A DNA stretch of 64,000 nucleotides from Dreissena polymorpha (taxonomy: Eukaryota). The position numbers were made by a program, and so were the translations under genes. The notes beneath the pieces were generated by a model. It was not told where the DNA came from. It worked only from the letters and a program-made list of their open reading frames with translations, and did not search any database. The stretch is from contig NC_068355.1 of NCBI RefSeq assembly GCF_020536995.1, positions 63,355,738-63,419,737 of the forward strand. Direction: 5' to 3'. Of this stretch, positions 1 through 12,997 are shown in pieces; positions within the stretch are counted from its first letter, which is position 1, and each line of letters starts with the position of its first letter.

Positions 1-141
1 AGTAGTAGTAGTAGTGTAGTAGTTTAGTAGAAGACAGTAGTAGTGGTAGTAGTAGTAGTAGTCGTAGTAGTAGTAGTAGTAGTAGTAGTAGAAGTAGCAG
101 TAGTAGTAAAAGTAGTATTAGTAGTAGTAGTAGTAGTAGTC

Positions 142-205
<64 letters not shown>

Positions 206-344
206 GAGTAGTAGTAGTAGAAGTAGTAGTAGTAGTACAATAGTGATAGTGGTAGTAGTAGTAGTAGTAGAAGTAGTAGTAGTAGTAGTTGTAATAGTAG
301 TAGTAGTAGTAGTAGTAGAAGTAGTAGTAGTAGTATTAGTAGTG

Positions 345-414
<70 letters not shown>

Positions 415-518
415 AAGAAGTAGTAGTAGTGTTAGTAGTGGTAGTGGTAGTAGTAGTAGTAGTAGTAGTTGTAGTAGTAGTAGTAGTAGTAGTAGAAGTA
501 GTAGTAGTAGTAGTAGTC

Positions 519-557
<39 letters not shown>

Positions 558-592
558 ATAGAAGTAGTAGTAGTAGTAGAATAGTGATAGTG

Positions 593-668
<76 letters not shown>

Positions 669-739
669 GAGAAGTAGTAGTATTAATAGTAGTAGTAGTA
701 GTAGTTGAAGTAGTAGTAGTAGTTTTAGTAGTGGTAGTG

Positions 740-796
<57 letters not shown>

Positions 797-847
797 CTTA
801 TAGTTGTAGTAGTAGAAGAAGTAGTAGTAGTATTAGTAGTGGTAGTG

Positions 848-912
<65 letters not shown>

Positions 913-982
913 TGTAGTAATATTAGTAGTAGTAGTGGTAGTAGTAGTAGTAGTGGTTTTAGTAGTAGTAGTAGTAGTTTAG
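1..982. repeat. Imperfect (GTA)n/(AGT)n trinucleotide microsatellite, ~980 bp
   Basis: Direct reading shows agtagtagta repeated with scattered point interruptions (gtg, gaa, gtt, gtc). The poly-Val ORFs in the track are just its translation. Confidence 0.97.
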
Positions 983-2610
983 ATAAATCCTGCTGTTCAA
1001 ATTTAGTGCAAATTCGGTTTATCTGACCATATCCGAAGGTGTTGATGTTTTAAATTGAAAGTTTTTGATATCTCGACTTCTTTTGCAGTTTTGATGTTCA
1101 ATGACAACAATGAGTGTCCATCAGAGTACATATTGGCCAAGTTCTACAATTTCAAAGCTAAAATGTAAGTATTTTAGTGTATTTACTGAGCAAAGAGTGT
1201 AATCTATAACAGCATTCTCTTTGAATGTTGAACAGCATTTATTTTTGTCCCAACTGCATCTTCCATGTAAGATGAGAAGTGTTGTTATTTGTACAAACAT
1301 TTATGATGGTTTTGCCTTTTGCGTTTATTTAATGGTCGCATGAGCTTCTCGTTATTTTGAAAGTATGTTCATTATATTCAAATGTTTGTTATATTGAACA
1401 TGTAAGCGTCGAAAACAAGAATTCGGAAAAGAAATCGTCAAGCTCAAGGAAGTCGGGTAATTGGGCTGTATGACCGTTTGTGTCGCATGTTTCTATGACG
1501 TAATTATATTTGTTGTCATATTAGTGACCACTAATTCGAAATATGTGAGTTCATCGTAGTTAAAGAATCTTGATGACTCAGGTGGTATGTACACTAGCCC
1601 AGGTAGGATTCGTGATCGATTGTGATGTAACCTTTCTTTTTAATTTTGCCCGTAGGATAAAGTTGGTATCAGTATTTATAATTTCTACATCAGTATTTAT
1701 AATTTCTACATATTTGAATAATGTTCGAGAATGCGCAAACAAACGATTGTCTATGGAATTTCATTTTTCTTGGTTGGTCTATATTTTCAAATTCAAATTC
1801 ATCAATACTAACTACATCATGCTTGTCTATTTTGCACTCTGTGCTGCAAATTATATCAAACTGATGTAAACAAATCCATGTAAATGCACATTATTTTAGT
1901 CAACATATATATAACGTTCCAATTCTTATATTTGCCAACAAAATTGACGGGTTCAATTTTGATACCGTATTTTCCTTATGTTCTTAGGAACGGACGCATA
2001 TAATGAAGTGGTGTTACAAATATATTATCAGAGGAGCTATAATTGGGGAGGGCACAGTGTGCGTCATTGCAACCAGTTTCAGGCAGTATGAAGGCAGAAG
2101 ATGCATGGCTGTGAAACCTTGAATCAGGATTGTGTCGTCGCGCACATTTGGATTGGTGGATTTAAGAAGCATTCGGCTCAACTGATCGTCATGTGTGAGC
2201 TGTAACGATGGTGTATTAGGGCAGTGGTGTGTTTTGCAAGAAGGTATAGTTTAAACATGAATAACATATGCCTGTGGTGTTTCGGGCGCAAGAGTGTATA
2301 ATTAAATGTGTATCTTTAAAACAGTCTTCAAAAACTATTGGAGGACTGGATGACATTATCCGAAATGGAATTTCGAACAGAGTTTAATTTGAAATTATTA
2401 TTATTGGCATGTTTATATCTTGCGTGCATGTACTTGCGTTAAACAATACATGATCAGAAATGGTTTCAGAAATGTAATTTGAATATGTGTTATTTGCAAC
2501 AAATTGTTTGGTAATAACAAATATAGTATAGTTGACGAGAGAGTATTGACTACACTATATACACTGTCTTTTCCATATTTGGATATACGATATACTGTCC
2601 TCGTGGTTTC

Positions 2611-3111
2611 CTAGCACATTCTACTGTTAACTGGTTCGCAGTGTGATGGGTCGTGAGGGTTCGCTTTATTTTCTAACTCTTCGCCATTATAGTTAGGTAA
2701 ATGAACAAAGTGTGACTGCAAGTTATTGGATTTGAGTGGCCCCTTTTCGCGTGGCGAGGTTGGTGCAAATCTTAATTTTGATGGAGCTGTAGGATTCTGT
2801 TTGAATGTTACGACCACTGGTTTTTGTCTGGTAGTTTCGTCTGTGAGGTTTTGGGGTATTTTGTTGGCTTCAGGCGTGGGAATATTTGGAGTGGACCCAG
2901 GTGGTTGTGGGGTGGTGTATTTCACTGACTGGCGGAGTATTGCTTCGTTGGGCGCTACCAATTTATGGATGCATTCATGGATATTTGTAATGCTCGAAAC
3001 ATTAATGATTAAGTAACACTCTGGGAACAAGCCCTCGACAATTCTTTCTATAACTCGCAGTACTGCTGGTATGCACCTGAACGTTTCGGAGTGTGTGCCT
3101 TTACCTAGCAT
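2611..3111 (-). CDS. Hypothetical Pro/Thr-rich ORF (166 aa), possible exon of a minus-strand gene; no recognisable domain
   Basis: Open frame with ATG at 3111-3109. Upstream on the minus strand (3250-3109) a second short ORF reads MSDPSKVDAFMNSALRLAGSNFSLLRYNPNEISDARKQIGPKFKDA and ends at a GTAAAG donor-like site. Neither piece resembles a known family. Confidence 0.15.
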   Translation of the reverse strand: MLGKGTHSETFRCIPAVLRVIERIVEGLFPECYLIINVSSITNIHECIHKLVAPNEAILRQSVKYTTPQPPGSTPNIPTPEANKIPQNLTDETTRQKPVVVTFKQNPTAPSKLRFAPTSPREKGPLKSNNLQSHFVHLPNYNGEELENKANPHDPSHCEPVNSRMC

Positions 3112-4635
3112 CTTTGAATTTGGGTCCTATCTGCTTCCTGGCGTCGCTTATCTCATTAGGATTATATCTCAAGAGGCTGAAGTTGGATCCAGCAAGTCGT
3201 AGGGCGCTGTTCATGAAGGCGTCAACTTTACTTGGGTCGCTCATCGTGACTCCAATCAGTATGAACTTTTACCTCTGACGGGCCTCAATTTTCAATGATT
3301 TATATTCAAGCAGTAGAGCACTCTCGTGCATTATGTTTGTTCAGCACAGTTGCAGTACTAACTTGATTCGATATTGTCAAAGCGGCATTTAAATTAACTG
3401 AGATGTTTCATACCATCTAATAAAGTATCAATTTTGTTTTCTAAATGTGGCAAGTTTTCCGAGGAGAACACTTGCTATATTGGGGAGATGTCCGGAGAAG
3501 ATGAGTGTCATAAGGTCGATGCCAAACCAGCTGACTCCAGACGTTAACGTTTATCATTTTTTGACTTGGCTCTTTGTTTCTGTACATAATCGCCATTTAG
3601 CGGTGTTGAATGTGATCCTGCGCTAAAATCATTAGCATAACCTGTTTTACGTCTCTTGATGTTGATAAAATGTGTAATTTAAAGAAATTTCCTTTTGTTT
3701 ACATTTTTCAATGCCACGTCACACGACCGGAACCGGAAATAATACTATATATATAACATGTATCTTCTTAAGCGTTTAATGTTAGTATCGTCTTGTGCTG
3801 CTGAAGCGATTTTATGTCTATTTTATATCATAAGACGAGTTAAGATTGAGAAGAATAAATGTGGCGGTCTCGTTCCCGTTTACACCATGGATGCTTCGTA
3901 CCGGATGTAGCTGTGTTACACAACCTGCTTGGTAGTACAAAGTGACGTTCTCGTACTATACTTTTGCCCTGAGAACTACATTCATACTCCATTATGATTT
4001 AAAGATCAATTTAATAAACTTGCTTATTATAAACAAATGACATAACAAATCAATGTAAACAACAAGTGTAATTAACGTACAAATGTCTTCTTACATTTGA
4101 TGTAAGATTTTTTCAGGCTCTACATTGTTTTGATGTTGCGACATACACCGAGGACAAGCAGTAGTGCATGTTAAAGATAAAATATTGCTGATTTGGTACG
4201 TGTGTACATATTATAACACAATCTATACACCTAGTCATTTTAAAGGAATTTTGAAGTTTGCAAGTTTGTTTAAACTTTAAAAAGGAGGTGGGTTGGCTAA
4301 AATTAAAAATCTTGTTATAGGTCAACAAACACAAATGAATAAATGGCTTTTTCATAAGAATGTGTATGATTTGAAAATATTTACTGTATTTATAAGTGTG
4401 TTTTTCAAGGAACAACATGCTTTTTATGGGGAACATTTGGTGATAGATATTAGAACCGATGATCGTTTCACGAAGTTACGTTTAATGATCAATTATATGT
4501 GCAGGGTTTAAGAATTTTACAATATTCAATATGTAATTTTAAATATAAAACTAAAAAGCGCTATGCTGAATATAAACCATCTTTGCAAAATTAGAATTTT
4601 AAACGATTTAATATGTAATTATAAGTTAAGAAAGT

Positions 4636-4850
4636 TTTTTCGGCGTATCTGTCTAAGCCAGCTTTTCACCTTACGTGACCTTTATTAGCGTCCAATAGAA
4701 TTCAAATAAAACTTCCCGCGGCTAAATACAAATGAATAGATCTACACTTCATTGACTGCATTGGCTGATTTGAGCATTTTACACAGAACATTGGCAACAC
4801 AACCGCGTTCTTGTATTAAAGCATGTAACACTGTTCATTGAATGTGATGT
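4636..4850 (+). repeat. Dispersed ~220-bp repeat (copy 1 of 3; others at 20455-20660 and 35150-35340), SINE/MITE-like
   Basis: Shared blocks ttcggcgta.ctgt...cagcttttcacctta..tgaccttt...ccaatagaattcaaataaaa..tcccgcggcta and ...ggctgatttgagcat...gaacattgg.aaca....cgcgt occur in the same orientation at all three loci. Confidence 0.6.
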
Positions 4851-6837
4851 GGACTTCTAATTGCAGAGAACAATTTGGAAGTTATGCCATGTTTTTCCTT
4901 AGTTCACGAAGCATTATAGCATTAATCACACGTATTTAAAATTAAAAGAAGCTGATGTTTACATGCCGTAACGGGGCGTTCACTAAAACGCATACGTAAA
5001 AAGGCAGACGATCAAATAAGGTTGGAGGTTACATTACGCTAATTCCGATCTGGGTCGAAAGCTCTTTCCGAGCCACGTTTTCAACAAAACATCAATAGTA
5101 ATGAATCAATTATCTATTTGCAACATCAAACATTAAAATTCAATCGACGAAACAATAATAAACACCATAATAACGCACACCAATCACCGTCTGCATGTTC
5201 CTTCTTTGTTCATATCGTATGCATTTTTCAATGTTACCAATTGTTATGATGTAAATTGTCTGCGTTTCCCGTTTGCGTTTTAGAGAGACCCCGAAACTTT
5301 GCAGTGTTAAGTGAGACCCACTAAATTTGTAAACAGCGTAGTAATACTCGTCAACGTCTTAAGTAAAAAAATGTAATAACTTATACTAGTGTTTGTCTAT
5401 TGCAATTTTTATGTTACTGATATGTTAATTAAACGTGTAATTACTATTAATCGCTACAAGTGGCATCATAATGAACTATATTTCTTCACATTAATTTATG
5501 CCGCTGTACTGCGGTTGTGTATTCAAACCCAAGAAAGAATCGACGATTGCTGTAGAATTTTTCATTTCAAGATGGTAAAAATAAGTAATTGAAGATTTCA
5601 CCAAGCGCATATTATATCTAGTTCTTCGTGTTTTCAATGTACAGCAATAGCTCTAGATTCTGGCTACCATTATGTTTATCGGTTGCAATTTAAATCAAAC
5701 ACCCGATTGATTGACGATGTTGACCTAATTCTTGATTATTTGCTATATTCCAGTTGGTTTACGGAGGTTTCGTATCATTGAATTTACTGTAGAAAACGGG
5801 TAGAGGATTCGTCACAATGGTGATATATATGTGTGAATAATACCGGGAAACTTAAGCGCCTTTGATTGACACCTTTCTTCCATGTTAAAACAACAGTTTT
5901 TTTTGTGCAATTCTGTTCATGAATTAAATACATTTAAACTCAATAAACAGTATAATAATATTATACTCATATATTTATATTTTACAACACATTCATTTAT
6001 TTGCAAACAATATTACACCAAACATAAATAGTGACATATAAAACATAAATACACAATCAAATACAACTGGGCTAGCCTCATTTATAAGACGCGCAAATAA
6101 TTTAGAGACACTTTTTATATGGGCTAAATTCTTTAAAATATTACCAATATAAAAAGTAGCTTGATATTTGAGAGCGTCAACAAGTTGGACTACAACTGGG
6201 CTAGAGTGCACTTTACTGGTACACAGTTGGTACACAGTTGTTTACCACTATCGACAAAGCGGTGGTTTGGGGGCGGTAGCCCCCGATACTAAGAAAATAT
6301 ATAGGATAAAAAGGATTATTAGGTGTTGCGTGAGGTATTTAATATATAATTAGGTGTTGCGTACCGGTAAAGTACAATTGCCCCTACAACTCTACTCAAT
6401 AACACTTCATACACAGAAATAATTTCATATATTATGTACACAACAAACAGTACAGTCAGACTTCTGTCTGTTATATGTCTATGTTCCTTTTCAGATGTCT
6501 CCGTTGTGGATTGGGTCGTGTGTTGAATGGGGCCAAAACCCTGTGATGTGTTTGCATCTCCTCAGTAGTTATGTGGTGAGGATTTCATCGTCCTCATATT
6601 TGTCCCAGGTGTCGAATATGTTTCACTGGATATTCTTGATTTTCCTTCTGTGCCCACGGGCAAGCGCGTGCTCAGACACTAGTTGAATCCTCAAGTCCAC
6701 TGTCACCGCCTTACCTCGTAGAAAGGGGATGAGCATGTAGAAGCCTAGTTTGGCACGCCCTGCTTGCGTATTGATTCTTCGATGCCACCCTGAAATCTTT
6801 TTTGTCTGTTTTCTCATTGCGTATCTATCATAAATTA

Positions 6838-7150
6838 ATTCTATAATAAAACAAGAGGTGTGTTTTTCAGAAACACAATGCCCCCTAATGCGCCGCTTTT
6901 TATTAACTTTTGACCTTGAAGGATGACCTTGACCGTTCACCACTCAAAATGTGCAGCTCCATGAGATACACATGCATCCCAAATATCAAGTTGCTATGTT
7001 CAATATTTCAAAAGTTATTGCAAAACTTTACTGTAAGGTAAAAGTTTTGGGACAGAATGACAGACAGAAAGAAAGAAAGAAAGAAAGAAAGACAGACAGC
7101 CAGGCCAAAACCAATATACCCCCGATCTATCGATCCGGGGGCATAAAAAA
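6838..7150 (+). mobile_element. Tetranucleotide-core interspersed element: gene-like body + (GACA/GAAA)n core + hairpin tail ccccgatctatcgatccgggggcataaaaaa
   Basis: Body tgaccttgaaggatgaccttgacc...atcccaaatatcaagttgctatgttcaatatttcaaaagttattgcaaaac...gttttgggacagaatgacagacag(aaag)n matches copies at 59745-59965 and 61180-61400. The tail contains the palindrome CCCCGAT..ATCGGGGG. Confidence 0.7.
7056..7097. repeat. (GACA)n/(GAAA)n microsatellite core inside the element
   Basis: gacagacagaaagaaagaaagaaagaaagaaagacagacag. Confidence 0.9.
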
Positions 7151-7289
7151 CTTACCATTTTCATATCTGCCATGTTTGTCAAAATTTTTTGAACATTCAG
7201 TATTTACATAACTCCCATGTTCATGTAAATTGTTGACATATTTGACATATGCCATGATTCATTTGACAGTCCATGTGTTCCTTAATATT

Positions 7290-7640
7290 ACATTTTTTAT
7301 GCCCACAGTAGGGTGGCATATAGCAGTTGAATTGTCCATCAGTCAGTCCGTCCGTCCGTCTGTCCGAAACCTTTAACTAAGCTATAAGTTTTGCAATATT
7401 GAAGATAGCAACTTGATATTTTGGCATGCACGTGTATTTAATGAAGCTGCACATTTGAGTGGTGAAAGGTCAAGGTCATCTTTCAAGGTCAAAATTTAAA
7501 AAAATACAATCCAAGGGAAGTAATAAGCTTTAAAAGGGAGATAATTTCTAAACCTGCCAAATGATGTATTAACATTTTATTTCAAAGCGACGCAATAGGG
7601 GGCATTGTTTTTCTGACAAACACATCTCTTGTTTTTTTAT
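7290..7640 (-). mobile_element. Second copy of the same element in inverted orientation; with 6838-7150 it forms a tail-to-tail inverted pair
   Basis: The reverse complement of 7600-7640 (ataaaaaaacaagagatgtgtttgtcagaaaaacaatgcc) matches 6845-6885, and the reverse complement of gacgcaatagggggcattg matches caatgccccctaatgcgc. This copy carries (GGAC)n ccgtccgtccgtctgtcc in place of the (GAAA)n of the partner. Confidence 0.7.
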
Positions 7641-7976
7641 ATGCTTGCAATGCTTATTTTGATTTTGCATGTGTTTTTCATTTAAACATCGCAAAGGTGT
7701 TGTCCTACTCATTTCCACCATGACTTACTTGTATTTCATCTATTAATAATTTGTTATTAGTGTCGAGTAGTTTTAGGTAGCTCTGATATAAAACCTAGAC
7801 TGTAGTCTTAGTTGTTTTATAGCTAACATATAGTTTAATCTAACCTATTCTGAACACGTGCATGTAACAACCAATCATTCACTTTCCCTCCGATATTCAG
7901 TTGCCTGTTGAAAGTTGTTTGAGACAGCCATTGCATTTATTGAATTGCAATATTATATTATTTGTGTGGGATATTT

Positions 7977-8322
7977 TGGATTCCTGCAGGTAACTACTCT
8001 AAATCTTTTATTTATGTTCTCTGTCAATTGTTTGTATTATTATTTAGGACATCTGACGGTTACGGTTGTGTTTATTAGTTATTTATTGAAATAACTTATT
8101 GCGAGTCATATTCACGCCGCCATGCAACGCTAGTCATTATTAATGTGTATTCCACTTGAATGCATACATATATTATCTTGATTATATATCTAATGGCATG
8201 TATTAATTGTTCCTATTTCAGATACCTTTATCGATCTATTAAAACTTTGAAAACATCGATTGATTCGATAGTTTGTCGTCGAACCCCAAGTACGCAAATT
8301 GCGCGTAGCTAGGCCGGCAACA
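7977..8322 (+). repeat. 5' LTR (TG...CA)
   Basis: Matches 12998-13343 over its whole length. Confidence 0.85.
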
Positions 8323-8323
8323 A

Positions 8324-8341
8324 TGGCGCCCAACGTTCAGT
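8324..8341 (+). other. Primer-binding site TGGCGCCCAACGTTCAGT, complementary to a tRNA 3' end (...GGGCGCCA)
   Basis: The TGGCGCCC core sits 1 nt after the 5' LTR terminal CA, the canonical position for an LTR-element PBS. Confidence 0.7.
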
Positions 8342-9059
8342 GAGATCGATCAAATGATATAATTTGGACAATTCGTGTACACAATCCTTGTTCAAGGATC
8401 TACACTTGATGGCCACAAAAGACGTCGTTTAATACCCGGGTTAACGTTAACGCATGCTAAGGGCCCTCTTCAAGACCGTTACGTCACACCATAAGGACCA
8501 AGGACCATTCGTCGCTGGAAGTGTAAAAACTGTGTGTGACTTTGTGAATGAACACTGACATTTGTGATTCTTGCTCATGACGCATGGCGGTGTGGTTAGA
8601 TGTACATTTTATTATTGACCATTTAGTATATTATTTTCAGAAATTGTTTAGTTTGTATCATATTTGTTTTTTTCTTAATGTAAATATCAATTATTTTTGT
8701 CCAATCTAGGTTAAAGATTTTTTTTTTTAAATCAATGCACTAACCATAGGTTGTCCCGTCTAACATACGCCCCTGCATTTGTGTAAACTGTGTTTTCACT
8801 GTCACTAATCCGTTTCCAATAACAATAGAAGTACATAAAGTAGTACAACACAGACAGGTTGACCCGTAGATAGCTCAGGTGATAGTTTAAAGGTCATAAT
8901 TTGGGATCTGTACAATCAATAGATTTACTGCCCACTGTCTTATAAAAAGTTTCAGCCAATGTAAAATCAAATTTGTCTTTAGTTGTTTCAAACTTTCAAC
9001 ATTTGAAACAACGCTCAGTCATTGTAATTTTTAACCAGGTTTTCCGAAGGAAAAAACTG

Positions 9060-9420
9060 GTTATTAGATTGGCGAATGCGGGCGGGCTGGCTGGCTGGCG
9101 GGCTGGCGGGCTGGCGGAACAAGCTTGTCCGGGCCATAACTATGTCGTTCATTGTCATCTTTTAAAATCATTTGGCACATTTGTTCACCATCATTGGACG
9201 GTGTGTCGCGCGAAATAATTACGTCGATATCTCCGAGGTCAAGGTCACACTTTGAGTTCAAAGGTCAAAAATGGCCTTAAATGAGCTTGTCCTGGCCATA
9301 ACTATGTCATTCATTGTGAGATTTTAAAATCATTTGGCACATTTGTTCACCATCATGGTACGGTGTGTCGCACGAAAGAATCACGTCAATATCTCCAATG
9401 TCAAGGTCGCCACGACTAAA
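9060..9420 (-). mobile_element. Nested copy of the tetranucleotide-core family in the LTR-element leader: (CTGG/GGCG)n core at 9085-9118 plus a ~185-bp body duplicated twice (9120-9300, 9290-9420)
   Basis: gggcgggctggctggctggcgggctggcgggctggcgg is followed by two tandem units sharing gcttgtcc.ggccataactatgtc.ttcattgt.a..ttttaaaatcatttggcacatttgttcaccatcat.g.acggtgtgtcgc.cgaaa.aat.acgtc.atatctcc...gtcaaggtc. Confidence 0.55.
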
Positions 9421-10836
9421 AATAGATTATTTTTTTTTAAACAAACTTACAAAGGGGGTTAATTTTGTTTGTTCATTTCAAAAGTTCATTTTGAGTTTTA
9501 TCCCTTTATCAGATTTTTTTTTCACAATGAAAACCTGGTTTTGTGACAATTTTGTCCCTTGTATAAATAGGAAATCGTGGAAACCGAGTTATTCCTTACT
9601 GAAATTAGACTGATCATCTAATTTCATTGAGAAATACTGTTTTGCGTTTAATCCTTGCAAGGTAAAATAATCGCGTCGCTTTAGCGTATTCGAACGGGAC
9701 GAAGAAAAATAAATCGAGGTATTTATTTAAAAGCGAATACATTCGGTTTGTGTTCAGCGCTTTTAAATAATCGATTTATTTGATAACGGAAAAAGGAAAT
9801 TGCGCAATAATTGATTGCGTATAGTTGTACATACGTTGTAGTAATAATTTGTGCGGGTTACACTTGACACTACTTGTGACCAGTGTATTTTTTGGACCGG
9901 AAATAGCGGTATCGATTCTGTACTTGTATGGTTGTACGTGTGTGAGAGTGTGAGAGTGTATTAGTAAATAGTTTAATCGAATTATATTGTTAAATTGTTT
10001 TATAAATGCATATTTATAGTTGTTATTATTATAATTAAATCATATTAGTTCATCAATTTAATTAAATTTATCATTAACATTTATTTAGATTTTTTTTTAA
10101 TTTCTAGTTTGATAAAACTTTAACAATAAGATTGTGATTTAAGTGTAATCTATACGCTGCAGTAATTGTTTATTAAATAAGAGATCATTAATTAAAAAGG
10201 TTTATAAATTAATTAATTAAAAATTACAACTAGATTTATATTAAATAATTGCATGAATGTGTTCAATTATTTGTTGTTATGTTGTATTAGATAACATGTC
10301 AGTTATATTATTATGCATTAGTGGTACAAAGTGAATTCGGTTTATTGATCACTATTGAAATTAGTGATTTAGTGTGTTATTATATTGAATAATTTTGAGT
10401 TGACTAGAAAGGAAACTATTGTAAAACGGAAATACTGGAATGATGATCTGAATGTTGATGAAATTGGAGTGTGTATTATACAAAGTGCTGTGAAACATAA
10501 TTAACACTTAAAAGTGCATACTTATGAAGTGAAATAGACAATTGGTGAACAGTGTTGAGTTTAATTGTGAATTATTGAATTGGAAGTGATATTAACGTCC
10601 AGTGAACAATATTACTGATTGACATAATGAAAATGTATCTAGAGTTATTGGATGTGAACAAATACTAGATACATAATAGTGTTGAATGAATTGTTTTGTG
10701 TTGTAAAGTGCATAAAATATTGTGAAGAGAGGTGAATTTAAGATTAGACTTTGATTTCTGCATATGGTTGGGATCAGTTTCGTAACTGAGTGCATAGTGT
10801 GAAATTCAGTGTGGGTGTGAACGTAATTATTTGAAC

Positions 10837-12579
10837 ATGGATACGGAGAGAGAACTAAGGAGACAAAGAAGGGAGACAAAGAATAAACAACAAACATTAA
10901 AGGAAAAAGAATTGAAAAATCAGAAGGACATTGAAATACTGAATAAAATAAAGGAACGAGACTCAAAGATTCGTGAAATTCAGCGACAAAGAGATGAATT
11001 AATAAAAATGAGATCAGAAAACAACACAGCCCAACATAGAGATGTGAATGATGTAAATGATGTAAAACATAAACAATAAAGAAGGGAAACAGTTGGAGAA
11101 AGATTACAGCACAGCTGTAAAGAGATGGAACATGAAATGAGGACTGAACTTGACTATGATGATGTTGTTGAGGGTGCGGTAGGATTTAAGAATGATGATT
11201 ATCATACCAACAGTTATGAAAGTGACATGGATTCAATAGATGAAGAACTAAGTTGGTTGACTAAGAAGATGGAGGAGACATTCCAGATACATGCCGATTC
11301 TGGGGACAGAATATTTAAAGAGGAGGTGCGATGCAGTACCAAAATACTTGAACCATCTGAGGTTCACGACAGTGAATATGAACACAATAGTGACATTGAT
11401 GAAATTATAAGTGATGATGATATTGCTGAAAAAGCCCTTGAAGCTGAGATAAAGGCAATGAAGTTACAGCAAATGAACTTAAAAGAGGAACTTCATCGGA
11501 AAGAAAAAGCAAAACGATTGAAGGAACAAGAATTATTGCGAGAAACACGTAGGAAACAGAAAGAAGAAAGAATACGGAAACTGAAACGAACAAAACAAGA
11601 ATTGGAACAAGATATAATGGAAACACAGAGCACAATTACGTCATTAGACGAGGAATTGGAACCTGTAGAAACATATGACCGACACAAATATCTAAGAAAT
11701 GCGGAACGGAGAGTGTCACATAATCCACCATTAATGTTGAAACCGAGTGTTCCTAAATTTTCGGACCCAGCTCAATTTACAGAATGGAAAATAGAAATCG
11801 AAAGTATGATTCGGTCAAAAATTTACCAGAAAGACATACTGAAACAGTGCGTTAGAAATGCGATATCTGGAAAACCAAGGAAGGTTTTAGCAACATTGAA
11901 AGCCTAAGCAACTTTAGAAAACATTTTGTCAACGATGGAAAGCAATTTCGGTGATGTAAAAAGCGGACAAAGCATAATGGAAGAATTTTATCAAGCCAGA
12001 CAAAATAAAGACGAAGACATAACGTCATGGGGTATTCGAATTGAAGAAATGATCCAAAGAGCTTTAGAAAAGGGTGAAATACAAGAAAACAAGAAGGAAG
12101 AAATACTGAGAACAAAGTATTGGAAATACTTGAGAAATTCAGAGTTGAAGAATGCTACCAGAGTATTCTATGAAAACTGTCTTACATTTGAAGAGTTACG
12201 GAAACGAGTGAGAAGAGAAGAACAGGAATTGAAAGTTTCACAGGACAGACAAGAACAACCCAAACAGATAAATACAATGCAAATAGATCAACAATTGAGC
12301 ATATTGAATGATCTTACAGAGAAATTACAAAGTATGCAAAAACAACTAGACTTACTAACAAAGGAGAAAGAAGCATCAAAAGACAATAGAAGTGAGAGTG
12401 TGACCAGAGAATACCGGAGAAACGATGCCAGACCACAAACCGGATATAGGAGAACATTTTCACAAGGAAGAGGTTACTCCGGAAACAGAGGTCCATATAG
12501 AGGCAGACGACCGTACGGACAAGATGCTTATCATAGAGACAGCAACTCTCAACAACATTTAAACGGGAACCAGCTCTAA
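10837..12579 (+). pseudogene. Retrotransposon gag-like ORF (frame 1) interrupted by two in-frame TAA stops (11077-11079 and 11905-11907)
   Basis: Track ORFs 10831-11079, 11125-11907 and 11926-12579 all lie in the same frame and are separated only by TAA codons. The protein is coiled-coil and charge-rich, contains VPKFSDPAQFTEWKIEIESMI (retrotransposon gag-like F-W motif) and an Arg/Gly-rich C-terminus, and has no CCHC knuckle. Confidence 0.6.
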
Positions 12580-12653
12580 TTGATGGGGTCAATGAGGGCT
12601 GTGAGGATACCACTATCCCCAAACAGAAACCAGCTGAAAACATTTTTAGTAGA

Positions 12654-12995
12654 ATGGTGGGTAATGCTAATCTATCTACTATTACTATCAACGGCAAAGA
12701 GACAACCGCGCTTATTGACAGCGGGTCGCAGGTCAGTATTGTAACTGAAAAGTTTTACAACGAAATGACACCAAAACCAGAACTGATGTCATTGAATGAA
12801 TTTAATCTTGAATTAAAAGCAGCTAATGGCACCCACATTCCATATTCTGGATATATTCAGACAACAATTGAAAGCAAAATTTTGGACATGAAAGTAGAGA
12901 CCATTCTTCTTGTTGCGCCGGTTGACGAGAGTCATGGTAGTGCTCATGTCATAATTGGCACAAATATAATCAGATATATAAAAGACTTGTACAGT
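12654..12995 (+). CDS. Retroviral-type aspartic protease domain (pro), in the -1 frame relative to gag
   Basis: Has TTALIDSGSQVSIV (D-S/T-G active-site motif) and a downstream HVIIGTNII (the GRD/N-like flap motif). The ORF runs straight into the 3' LTR at 12998, so no pol follows. Confidence 0.75.
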
Positions 12996-12997
12996 GA

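Noticed and set aside
43-982. Long poly-Val ORFs (43-243, 243-584, 584-982)
   Set aside because: They are translations of the (GTA)n microsatellite and have no coding signal.
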